Shown: positions 36,207 through 44,946 of the stretch, piece by piece
Numbering within the stretch: position 1 is the first letter of the stretch
Layout of the letters: each line of letters starts with the position of its first letter
Virus record (IMG/VR): IMGVR_UViG_3300042350_002797
Span: 1-64,000 of that record
Reading direction: 5' to 3' (one strand)
Length of the DNA: 64,000 bases
Program-made: the position numbers and the translations under genes
Notes under the pieces: model-generated
What the model was told of the DNA's origin: nothing
Seen by the model: only the letters and a program-made list of their open reading frames with translations
Database searches by the model: none

Positions 36207-36677
36207 TTATTTCATATTCTTCAGTTTTTCCAACAAGCTATTTCTATCTGAGATAATAACGCTGGAATTTGTAATATCTTGGCTTTCATCGCCTTTATCA
36301 TTGTCTAGCTTTTGTTTCTTTAATTGTAATTCTACCATTTTGAGCTTTTTGTCTATTTTTGCTGCTTTAGCATCAATGGCATTCTTTAACATAGTGCTTG
36401 CAACTTCGAATACTCGCCCACTATATCTAGCTTCTACATTCATGCCTAAATCCATTAAGTCATCAAATGCATCTGTAGCTCGTTGAGCAAGCTCGTCAAA
36501 TTCTTTATCGCTGATGTCGCCTAATCCTTTAACTTGCGGCAAAGCCGCTGCAATCTTATCAAACTCGCTGATATCTCTTAACAAAGGTTGTGTGGCTTCT
36601 ACAGCTTTACTCTTTTCTTCTTTTTTAATTAGCTTTTTGCTTTCTGGTAAATTTAAGACTTCTTCTAGCTTTTTCAT
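36207..36677 (-). CDS. gp16: Terminase small subunit (T4 gp16-like)
   Basis: Helical, RVFEVASTMLK motif and coiled coil typical of gp16-like TerS; near TerL. Confidence 0.6.
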   Translation of the reverse strand: MKKLEEVLNLPESKKLIKKEEKSKAVEATQPLLRDISEFDKIAAALPQVKGLGDISDKEFDELAQRATDAFDDLMDLGMNVEARYSGRVFEVASTMLKNAIDAKAAKIDKKLKMVELQLKKQKLDNDKGDESQDITNSSVIISDRNSLLEKLKNMK

Positions 36678-36685
36678 ATAATTAC

Positions 36686-37123
36686 TTATCTTAAACGACC
36701 GTTATAAAATAAATCTTGTTCATTTAAAACTCTAAATTTTATGCCTTGCTTTGAGCACCACGATTGAGCTGCTCTCCATTTAACTTGATTCTTAGCCCAT
36801 TGTAATTGATTATTACGATTTTTGCCGGCTTTTTCGAGCAAGGTTTGACTTTGAGGTTTAATTTCTATTAGCTCGACTTGCATTATACCTTTTTTATCTG
36901 CATATTGTATAAAGAAGTCTGGAACATATACAGTTTGGCGACCAGTAAACGGATCTTTGTAAGGAATTTTTACTGCTTCGCTAGCCCATTTTAATATTCT
37001 AGGATCTTTATCACAAAAATTCATAAAGTTCCATTCCCAACTACTTCTATATGTAGGAGAACTATTACCTACATACTTTTCTACGTTAGTGACTGTAAAC
37101 TTTCCTCTTGCAAATTTGGACAT
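36686..37123 (-). CDS. gp4: Head completion nuclease (T4 gp4 / TnsA-like)
   Basis: YRSSWE, WASE, YVPDF, IEIKP, AKNQVKWRAA. Confidence 0.85.
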   Translation of the reverse strand: MSKFARGKFTVTNVEKYVGNSSPTYRSSWEWNFMNFCDKDPRILKWASEAVKIPYKDPFTGRQTVYVPDFFIQYADKKGIMQVELIEIKPQSQTLLEKAGKNRNNQLQWAKNQVKWRAAQSWCSKQGIKFRVLNEQDLFYNGRLR

Positions 37124-37497
37124 TATTGTGCAATATTTCTGCTTTCATATGTAACTTCAGAAGTCAATGTCTTATAACCTAGAAAGCTTGTTTTTTCTCT
37201 ATATAAATTTATAATCTCAGTGACTACTTGACTAAGCTGAGCACCATTTAATCCTTTCAAGGTATCTATAAGTTGCATAGGATTAACGTTGTCGATTCTA
37301 GCTTGATTTAATAAAACTATAGCAGTGCTTTTTGCGGCTTGCTCATCAAACCCATTCTTTAAGAAAAACCCTAACACTGCATCTATTTGATTGCTAGGAA
37401 AGCTTACTTGATGAGTAAAATATTTGTTAAAAAATGTTTTTACTTCGTCTGCACTATCTGTAGGAGACTGCGGTGGTAGATTCGTTCTAGTGTTCAT
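37123..37497 (-). CDS. Hypothetical protein
   Basis: 124-aa ORF coupled to gp4. Confidence 0.7.
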   Translation of the reverse strand: MNTRTNLPPQSPTDSADEVKTFFNKYFTHQVSFPSNQIDAVLGFFLKNGFDEQAAKSTAIVLLNQARIDNVNPMQLIDTLKGLNGAQLSQVVTEIINLYREKTSFLGYKTLTSEVTYESRNIAQ

Positions 37498-37498
37498 A

Positions 37499-38557
37499 TT
37501 ATGGATTTAAATTTCTAGGCTGAGCAACTGTAGGAACTGATGAATCACTTACTGGAAATGTTGTATTTCTTACAGCGCCGGCACTATTTCCAGTTACTGT
37601 GGATAAACTTCGATTGGTCACGTTAGTTAATTCTTCTGTTATACCAGTTCTACTTAATTGTTGTGAATTATTATAAGTGTTTACCGCAGTTATTGCAGTA
37701 GCTACAAAATTTGCAGGACTAGAAAATGCCTGACCGGATGCTACAGATCCAAACACAGAACTTGCTCCTGCTAGTACTCCGCCTGCGCCAAATAAAGATC
37801 TGGTGCCGCCACCAGCTAACGATATAGGACTCGGCACTGTATCATAATGATCGACTCCGAATCCTAACGGATTTCCTTGAGACACTAAACCATTTTCGTA
37901 GTATACTGACTCATAAGCTAATGTCATTGATTGCTCACCTGTGTTATTACTGGTATAATCTAATGAATCGTGATTCCAGGAAGTAATTAATGGATTTACT
38001 AAAGTATAACTGTTCCAATACTTTCTGGCCATTTGGTATATAACCACACTGTCAAAAAAAGGTATAGAACTGTTATTATCTAGTCCAAATGGAGATTTAA
38101 TGTAATTCTTTCCTAGAGTGGCTGTTCTAAAATAATTACCTTGAATTTTTGATGCTATTGGATCGGCATAATAATAACTAAAATAGTTTTCCCATAATTG
38201 TCGTGTAACGCCTAGGTTGTCATCGTGAAATTTAATACTAACTGGTTGATAATCAATTTTTGTTTGAACAACTTTTTTTCTATTGTATTGATTAGCAGTT
38301 TCGGAACTTATTGTAAATTTTGGTAAGTCAGCTGATTTTACTAGGATACCTATTTCATTTTGATGTTGGAATTTAAAGTTTAAACTTTTAAGAGCGTTAG
38401 TGTTTATTTTAAAAAACACATGAAATAAAAATTTAGATTTAGGTGCTAATCTAAAATTATCATCGACAAAGGTTCTAGCAGCGTGTCTAAAATCTCCAAG
38501 GTTTCCCTTAGGATTGAAGAATCCACTAACAAACTGACGTAAGGCTTTATTAGACAT
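37499..38557 (-). CDS. Tail tube-like / baseplate-tube initiator protein
   Basis: VKSADLPKF, NQYNRK, PVSIKFHDD, LTLAYE-like pattern of the gp19/gp54 fold; next to tube gene. Confidence 0.5.
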   Translation of the reverse strand: MSNKALRQFVSGFFNPKGNLGDFRHAARTFVDDNFRLAPKSKFLFHVFFKINTNALKSLNFKFQHQNEIGILVKSADLPKFTISSETANQYNRKKVVQTKIDYQPVSIKFHDDNLGVTRQLWENYFSYYYADPIASKIQGNYFRTATLGKNYIKSPFGLDNNSSIPFFDSVVIYQMARKYWNSYTLVNPLITSWNHDSLDYTSNNTGEQSMTLAYESVYYENGLVSQGNPLGFGVDHYDTVPSPISLAGGGTRSLFGAGGVLAGASSVFGSVASGQAFSSPANFVATAITAVNTYNNSQQLSRTGITEELTNVTNRSLSTVTGNSAGAVRNTTFPVSDSSVPTVAQPRNLNP

Positions 38558-38576
38558 ACAATTATTTATCGAACAA

Positions 38577-38596
38577 TATTAACTACGTAGTTAATA
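38577..38596. repeat. Perfect 20-bp palindrome
   Basis: TATTAACTAC-GTAGTTAATA. Confidence 0.9.
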
Positions 38597-38605
38597 CAAA
38601 GTCAT

Positions 38606-38633
38606 AAAAAAGCAGCTTTTCAGCTGCTTTTTT
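38606..38633 (-). terminator. Rho-independent (possibly bidirectional) terminator after tail tube
   Basis: AAAAAAGCAGCT-TTTC-AGCTGCTTTTTT. Confidence 0.85.
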
Positions 38634-38634
38634 A

Positions 38635-39264
38635 TTAACGTCTTCCGCTGCCTGTAGCTAATACACCTAGTGCTCTTGCTACATTAGTGCCTACTCCAGT
38701 GCCTTGTGGTGTTTGTACACAGTTGTCTGGTTGAATTGTTAAATCGATCATAGCAGGTCCTTGTTCACCGTAGCCTAAACTTTGATAGTTTACAGTTGTT
38801 AGGTAACAACCATAACATTCCCAAGTTTCTAGAACAGTAACGGTGTCGGCGCCGTTACCACCGTCTAACATTTCAAGACGCAGATTAAACTTATAATCAA
38901 TAGCACTTGCTGCACTACTCTGCTCAAGAAAGTCAAATTGTTTCTGTAATTGTTCACCAACAAGTTTTTGCACATTATTACTAACATCATCACGTAATGT
39001 AATTGCAATAGGTTGCCATGTGTGCTTGCCTGCATAATTGATTTTACTGTTGTAAATTTCAATTACTTGGTTTGCAAACTGTACTTGTGGTCGAGCCGCA
39101 GTTTGTACTTGTTTAGTTAGTTCAGTAGTAGGAGTAGAAACACCAAAATTTTCAAACATCACTCTAAAGCGATATTTTAGTTTTGGCATCAACATCCCTT
39201 GCGATGATGCAGACGCATCGCTTGCTAGAGGAACTGTAAATTTTGATAATGATGAAATTGCCAT
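38635..39264 (-). CDS. gp19: Tail tube protein (T4 gp19-like)
   Basis: PKLKYRFRV, YAGKHTWQPIAITLRDD, WECYGC; directly downstream of sheath. Confidence 0.85.
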   Translation of the reverse strand: MAISSLSKFTVPLASDASASSQGMLMPKLKYRFRVMFENFGVSTPTTELTKQVQTAARPQVQFANQVIEIYNSKINYAGKHTWQPIAITLRDDVSNNVQKLVGEQLQKQFDFLEQSSAASAIDYKFNLRLEMLDGGNGADTVTVLETWECYGCYLTTVNYQSLGYGEQGPAMIDLTIQPDNCVQTPQGTGVGTNVARALGVLATGSGRR

Positions 39265-39281
39265 ATTTTAATCCTTTTATT

Positions 39282-42200
39282 TTAACCTAACGATGCGATT
39301 TCGCCAGTATTCTTTAAACGCAATGGAATATAAATGAATTCAATCGCCTTAACCGGTTCAATAGCAATATCGATATACAGCTCGTTACGATCAATTCTGC
39401 TTGGAGTATTATTGCTTTCATCGCAAACAACAATGTAATCATAAATTGCTCTTTGTCCTACTAATTCTAACATCAAGCTTTCAACTGCTGCCTTAATTTC
39501 ATCTCTGGTAATCTTATCATTTGGTTCAAAGATGTAAGGTTTGGCTAACGCATTTAACTGTCTACGTAGATAAACTACTAATCGAGCTACATTAATTCTG
39601 TCTAATGCACTAGTGCTTCTTGATCTAGTTTTTTGACCATAGTTAACTAATCCTGTACCTGTTAAGAAAGTTAAAGGATTAATCTTTTGTGAATACAATG
39701 TGTCACGTTGTCCGGTGTTAAGCGAAACTGAAGTGAATTCCCCTTCGCTAGTTACATAACCAACTGATGTCGCATTAGTAATGCCACCTCTACGTACACC
39801 TGCTGGTGCGAACCAAGGATAAGCCACTTGATCATTTAAAGCAATAGTTCTTAGCATCATGTGACTTGGTGGAACAACAACATTGTTTCCAAAGTTATCG
39901 CTGGTAAAGCCCCATGGGTAAAACATAGCCATATATTCGTCAAAGCTAACTGCTCCGACGTCATTATCTTCAGTTGCACCATTTTCATTGCTTGCCCAAC
40001 TTAGTAGACTCGTAGCATCTGAAGTCAATCTAGGAGGTGTGTCGCCTACTACAAATGCTGTAAGTCCTCTATCATAATTTAGAGTAATTAATTCACCGAT
40101 TAGTTCAGGATATCCTGGACAAGCGATTAAGTTAAACACCCTGCTTTCTTCGTCTCTAATTTGTTGATTACTGTTTACTAGAGCTTGAAGTGCTCTGACA
40201 ACCACTGCACGTTGGGATTTACGTCCTAAACTGGCAGTACCGTCCGCTTGATTTGGACTTTCAGTTACCCATCTGTGCGGATAGTAACTAGTCATTGCTT
40301 CATCACCGAATCTTCCATTAGTATCGGTAGTGTCAATATAGTTACGTACAAATCTCTTTACATTGAATCCGCTTCTACGTGTATTCCATAGCAGCATACC
40401 TCTTGGATACAGTGCAGGATCAGGAGCATCTGGATCTATGTATTCGCTGCCTAATAGATCCGAAATAGTTGATGCAGTGTCACTATCCTCTCCTGTTACA
40501 CTCCATCGAGCATCTGCAAATAAAATACCATCTTCACTGGTTTGATCGCTAGTATCCACTAGTACCCATTTGTTTCCTGAAGGAATAGAAGCATTGTACT
40601 TGTAGATAGTTGGGAAATTTTCTAAATCGCTAGTATCGATCCAAAGATCTCCTGTTACTAAAGCACTGGTCCCATCGCTTTGTGTTTCTGGTTTAGTAGC
40701 ACTGACAATTGGACCAGCTGCATCTGTGCCTGTATAAGGATTTCCGCCGGATCCAAATTTATATCCAACCCAGCTGGTACCATCATGAATTAAAATATCG
40801 ACTTCGTCAATTACAGAATTATACCATAGAGTTCCGTCTTCTGTTAAACTTCCTGGTGCATCTACGTTTGCAACATAAACTAGCGGATGCCATAACGTTG
40901 CAATAAAACCACCAATGTGAACACTATCGCCTGCTGGTACACTTTGTAGATTAGCAGTACCAGTACCAAAACTAGGACTACTTGGCTCGTAAACATAGGC
41001 AACAAATCCAGCTTGTGTTAGTGTACTATCAGTAACATCAACTAATCTAAAATCGCCGCCCTGTGCGTGACTGATTACAACTTTGTTCAACACATCGACT
41101 TCTGCTTCGATGTTAGCGAACCCTGCTGCGTTAATTGCTGCTGCAAGTGTTGCAGCATCTGCACTTGTACCGGCAGCAGTCCATGTTACACTAATTGATG
41201 ATAGTATATCGGATCCTGCATCAGATTCTGAAATTGTAAAAGTTTTAGAACCAGAAGTAAAAGTTCCTGTTTCAACACTTGAAGTTTTAATACTAGTAGA
41301 ACCTGTAGCTGATCTACGGAATAGTTTAAAGTTTGCTTTAGTTGGAGTAGCATCTGCTCCTAAATCTTCTGTATAGTTAGTTTGTACGTAGCAAGTTCCT
41401 GCGGCTAAATTTGCGCCGCCGCCTGCACTATCTAAACCATACAATGCTGAATGTCCGTTGGCATATAACGCTGCTGATACAATTTCCCATAAACTTGTTG
41501 CCGAATTATAACGTTTTAATTTTAAATCTGCTCCCAAATTTGGTGTTGTTGTCTTAATCCACACACTTCCGGTTGGGCGTACAGATTGACCAGCTGCTGG
41601 AGATAATTTCCAAACAGGAACTTGAGTATGTTTACTGATCTGTAGTTCAGGAGCATAGTAAGTTCCAGCAGTAATACCAATATCTGTTAAAATAGTTCCT
41701 GAAATTGATTGAATATTAATTGCATTACTTTGACTGCTGTCTTCGGGATTTAAACCTATCTCAGCATTACTTGTAATTTCTACTTTTCCGTTAGTAATTA
41801 GTGCTTTGACACCGTCCACATTAGCAGCATTAATTGCTGTTGCTAGTTGAGATACAGTAGTTCCGCTAAAAACAATATTAACTCCATTAATTCTAATCGT
41901 TCCGCTAGATAACGTAGGATTAGATTCTGTTCCTGTTAATACTGGCCAAGAAGCTGCCCAATCACCTGATCCTACTTCTACCCAAGTACCTGCACTAATA
42001 CCGTATTCTGAATTTCCTCTGCTCTTATACCATACAGTCATCGGATGAGTAGTTGCTAGAGCAGGTGTATCCGCAGTACCGTCTGCTGCTACAATAGCGT
42101 AATCGCCAATTGATCCAATACTAGCTACAGGACCACCGGTGCCTAAGTCGACTTGACTAAGTGCATTAATAATTCTTGGAACTTTATTTGTAAATTTTTG

Positions 42201-42677
42201 TCCACCGGTTACAGAAGCTGCTGCACCATTCCATTCAAAAATACCAAATTTACTTGCGGCTAAATCTAACCAATGTGTTCCATTTGCAGCATCGGCAGTT
42301 GGTTCGTCTGCTGATGCAGTTAGTGCGTCTAGATCTACATCAGCACGTACAACATATGCACGATTGCTAACGCCTAATAAGCTATAGGCCGCTTGTAAAC
42401 CATATTCATTTTGTTCTCCTGCATGTACAGGATTATTATTTGCATCGGTCTTGAATACCGGATCACCAAATGTATCCACTAAGTCTTTTTGACTTGTCAT
42501 TAGATAGACTGTGCCAGCATTTGCTTTTAAGGTTCCTGGTGCAGTTCCGGTGCCTGCGCCATTTAATTTATTCTGAGCAGAAGCCACAACAATTAAAGGA
42601 ACGGTTCCTGGTTCTGCTGGTGTGTAAAACGATTCGTCAATAACGCTGACTTCTACGCCTGGTGATGTTAATGCCAT
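39282..42677 (-). CDS. gp18: Contractile tail sheath protein (T4 gp18-like; start re-called to MALTSPGV)
   Basis: SPGVEVSVIDES N-terminus, PWFAPAGVRRG, INPLT, DRINVARL, FEPND, EFIYIP; AAGGAG SD before ATG 42677. Confidence 0.93.
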   Translation of the reverse strand: MALTSPGVEVSVIDESFYTPAEPGTVPLIVVASAQNKLNGAGTGTAPGTLKANAGTVYLMTSQKDLVDTFGDPVFKTDANNNPVHAGEQNEYGLQAAYSLLGVSNRAYVVRADVDLDALTASADEPTADAANGTHWLDLAASKFGIFEWNGAAASVTGGQKFTNKVPRIINALSQVDLGTGGPVASIGSIGDYAIVAADGTADTPALATTHPMTVWYKSRGNSEYGISAGTWVEVGSGDWAASWPVLTGTESNPTLSSGTIRINGVNIVFSGTTVSQLATAINAANVDGVKALITNGKVEITSNAEIGLNPEDSSQSNAINIQSISGTILTDIGITAGTYYAPELQISKHTQVPVWKLSPAAGQSVRPTGSVWIKTTTPNLGADLKLKRYNSATSLWEIVSAALYANGHSALYGLDSAGGGANLAAGTCYVQTNYTEDLGADATPTKANFKLFRRSATGSTSIKTSSVETGTFTSGSKTFTISESDAGSDILSSISVTWTAAGTSADAATLAAAINAAGFANIEAEVDVLNKVVISHAQGGDFRLVDVTDSTLTQAGFVAYVYEPSSPSFGTGTANLQSVPAGDSVHIGGFIATLWHPLVYVANVDAPGSLTEDGTLWYNSVIDEVDILIHDGTSWVGYKFGSGGNPYTGTDAAGPIVSATKPETQSDGTSALVTGDLWIDTSDLENFPTIYKYNASIPSGNKWVLVDTSDQTSEDGILFADARWSVTGEDSDTASTISDLLGSEYIDPDAPDPALYPRGMLLWNTRRSGFNVKRFVRNYIDTTDTNGRFGDEAMTSYYPHRWVTESPNQADGTASLGRKSQRAVVVRALQALVNSNQQIRDEESRVFNLIACPGYPELIGELITLNYDRGLTAFVVGDTPPRLTSDATSLLSWASNENGATEDNDVGAVSFDEYMAMFYPWGFTSDNFGNNVVVPPSHMMLRTIALNDQVAYPWFAPAGVRRGGITNATSVGYVTSEGEFTSVSLNTGQRDTLYSQKINPLTFLTGTGLVNYGQKTRSRSTSALDRINVARLVVYLRRQLNALAKPYIFEPNDKITRDEIKAAVESLMLELVGQRAIYDYIVVCDESNNTPSRIDRNELYIDIAIEPVKAIEFIYIPLRLKNTGEIASLG

Positions 42678-42784
42678 CTGAATCTCCTTGGAGTTTTGTT
42701 CAGTAGTATTTATTGTCAAAACCAAAAATTAACTGGTTATAAGTAGTAGAAAAGGGATAAAAAAGGTGTGGTATAAATAAAATT

Positions 42785-43126
42785 ATGACCAGACCATTGT
42801 GTTTATGTGGATTCCGACCAGCAGCAATTAACTATATTAAGAATAATAAAACTTATTATAGAAAAAAATGTGAGGCATGTTTAAAGGCCGGAGGAATCGC
42901 TGCTGGAGTACCAAAATGGTACCTAAGTGGTTATAGAAAAAAACTAGTCTGTGACAAGTGTAATTTCAAAGGTAGACATTTAGAACAATTTAATGTGTTT
43001 TATATTGATGGAAATCTAAACAATGTTAAGCACACAAATTTAAAAACAGTATGTGCTAATTGTCAAAGAGTGCTACACAAAGAAGGAATCATTTGGAAAC
43101 AAGGTGATCTTCGACCTGATTTTTAA
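42785..43126 (+). CDS. Zn-binding HNH-like protein
   Basis: CLC, CEAC, CDKC, YIDGNLNN, CANC; TATAAATA 5 nt before ATG. Confidence 0.65.
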   Translation: MTRPLCLCGFRPAAINYIKNNKTYYRKKCEACLKAGGIAAGVPKWYLSGYRKKLVCDKCNFKGRHLEQFNVFYIDGNLNNVKHTNLKTVCANCQRVLHKEGIIWKQGDLRPDF

Positions 43127-43736
43127 GTTGTAAAAACAACTCATCTATAGTCCCGTTATTATCTATATCGCCATCGATGTCTTTATGTCCTACCCAACTA
43201 TATTCACTAGCATGAATTTGCGCTTGATTAAGATGCATTTTACTTAACGCCCATTTCATATTAGTCGGGCCTTGATTGTGTGAAAGTGCATATTCATACC
43301 AATCAGGATCTAATCCTCGTTTTATTCTGAATACTTTGCCTCCTGCATTTTTAATCGCAGAAATTTCGTTGGGGAAACGAACATCAGTAATTACTACATT
43401 GTCGTTGGTTTTTCTTATTTTATTTTCTAAACTAGCGATCCAGATGTCGTTATGAAATCCATTGCGGCAAACTTCAGTTCCCCAAAATTGAAGTATATAT
43501 CGAGGAGTAATTGATTTTCCTAATCGTTCGCTCCACCATATATCGGGTTGTTCTCTCCATTCTCTGCTTTCTTTAGTACGACCTTCTAGTAATGTTCTGT
43601 CCCACCCAAATACACAAGCCACAGCATCTTTTAATGTAGAAGCAAATGAGTCTCTTCTAAAACCGTGAAAATTTACAAGATAGTCTGCGGCAGTGTCTTT
43701 ACCTGAACCAATGAATCCTAAAAACCCAATAATCAT
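43089..43736 (-). CDS. Deoxynucleoside monophosphate kinase (T4 gp1-like; likely start MIIGFLG)
   Basis: GFIGSGKDT, LQFWGTEVCR, ITDVRFPNE, HASE; AGGAG SD before the second Met. Confidence 0.88.
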   Translation of the reverse strand: MIIGFLGFIGSGKDTAADYLVNFHGFRRDSFASTLKDAVACVFGWDRTLLEGRTKESREWREQPDIWWSERLGKSITPRYILQFWGTEVCRNGFHNDIWIASLENKIRKTNDNVVITDVRFPNEISAIKNAGGKVFRIKRGLDPDWYEYALSHNQGPTNMKWALSKMHLNQAQIHASEYSWVGHKDIDGDIDNNGTIDELFLQLKNQVEDHLVSK

Positions 43737-43787
43737 AGTGTCTCCTAACACTATAATTTATTATATTTTTGTTACAATGTCAATAGA

Positions 43788-44144
43788 TTAGACGCCGTAT
43801 TTGTTTCGTTTAGGCTGAGCTACCGGACTTACAGTATTGATAGACTTTAATTCGGAACTAGGACCTTTTGCTACCAGTGTCTTTCCTGTTATTCCTTGAT
43901 TTTTGGCTGCTCTATTAACAATTTCTTCGTCAGCATCGGTGTACATCCAAACTGCTGGAACGTCTTTTGCTGGTCCTTCCTTGGGTGCAGATTTCTCAGG
44001 TTCACCGGCCATGGCAATACCCAGTCTGTACATTTGATAATACTGATCTATGCCTGTAAATTGTTTGGCATGAGGAGCTGCTTCTCTTGAGCTTTTACTT
44101 AATTTCTTTTCAGCAGCTTCGTTAATTACTTCTAATATCTTCAT
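43788..44144 (-). CDS. Small late protein, possibly capsid-internal
   Basis: MKILEVINE N-terminus; coupled to gp13. Confidence 0.6.
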   Translation of the reverse strand: MKILEVINEAAEKKLSKSSREAAPHAKQFTGIDQYYQMYRLGIAMAGEPEKSAPKEGPAKDVPAVWMYTDADEEIVNRAAKNQGITGKTLVAKGPSSELKSINTVSPVAQPKRNKYGV

Positions 44145-44145
44145 G

Positions 44146-44907
44146 TTAACCTATGACAAATGTATAACCTGTACCACCAGCAACTAATAATTCTAATTCT
44201 TTTTCTAATTTTTCTATTTCTTCTTTGCCTGCTGCTTTTAAATCGCCACCGTTTAGTTGTCCTGATCCGCCTGGACCAGCAATAGCGCCAAATTTGCTAC
44301 GTGCTTCACCTAACATCATTTTACAGTTTGCTAGAGTATAATCTCTAATCCATTGTTTGGCTAGGTAATCCTCCATAATTACGTAGTCAGGTCTATAATT
44401 CTGACATCTTAACATAATCACTTCGCCTTCTGTAAAGGGACGTTGTAGAATTCTTAAAGTATGAGTGGTTGGAATCCATTGAAACTCAATATAGCTACCA
44501 AAAATTCTTCCTACCATTTCTTGATAGCTGGCAAACATATAATAAGTGGCTATACCTCCTAACATGGTGCTGTTTAAAAGATAAGTGTTAGTATATGCTA
44601 AATTAAAAGGCTCAAAATTTGTGCCTGTGCCACCGCCAGTTCTAGACCCTAATGTGCGTCTAAACACACTTTGAACATTTACGATTTCCTCAGGAAGTTT
44701 ATAATCATTTTTATCTTTTTCTAAGGTCAAGAACATATAGCTTTCTTCAACACTGTTAGGGCTTCTTTGCCTAAATTTGCTCATTGTTCTTTCTAGTGCA
44801 GTTTGATAATGTATAGGATCTAATTCTACATCGACCATACCGTCGCCCAGCATGGTACGACAAAAATCATATATATTTTGCTTGATTTCTTCAGGATTAT
44901 TTGCCAT
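44146..44907 (-). CDS. gp13: Neck protein (T4 gp13-like)
   Basis: VDVELDPIHY, WIRDYTLA, KMMLGEARSKF, GPGG..LNG, FVIG C-terminus. Confidence 0.85.
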   Translation of the reverse strand: MANNPEEIKQNIYDFCRTMLGDGMVDVELDPIHYQTALERTMSKFRQRSPNSVEESYMFLTLEKDKNDYKLPEEIVNVQSVFRRTLGSRTGGGTGTNFEPFNLAYTNTYLLNSTMLGGIATYYMFASYQEMVGRIFGSYIEFQWIPTTHTLRILQRPFTEGEVIMLRCQNYRPDYVIMEDYLAKQWIRDYTLANCKMMLGEARSKFGAIAGPGGSGQLNGGDLKAAGKEEIEKLEKELELLVAGGTGYTFVIG

Positions 44908-44946
44908 ACGAATCTCCAGTAGTATTTATTCGCTAAATATTATACT

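Noticed and set aside
43525-43535. TTCGCTCC (GGAGCGAA on -) inside the dNMP kinase gene
   Set aside because: It is in mid-CDS (WWSERL codons) with no nearby start; an 8-mer can occur once by chance in 64 kb.
43755-43783. sigma70 promoter for the dNMP kinase
   Set aside because: TTGACA is present but the box at 17 bp is only TAAATT and TATAAT is 12 bp away; too ambiguous to list.
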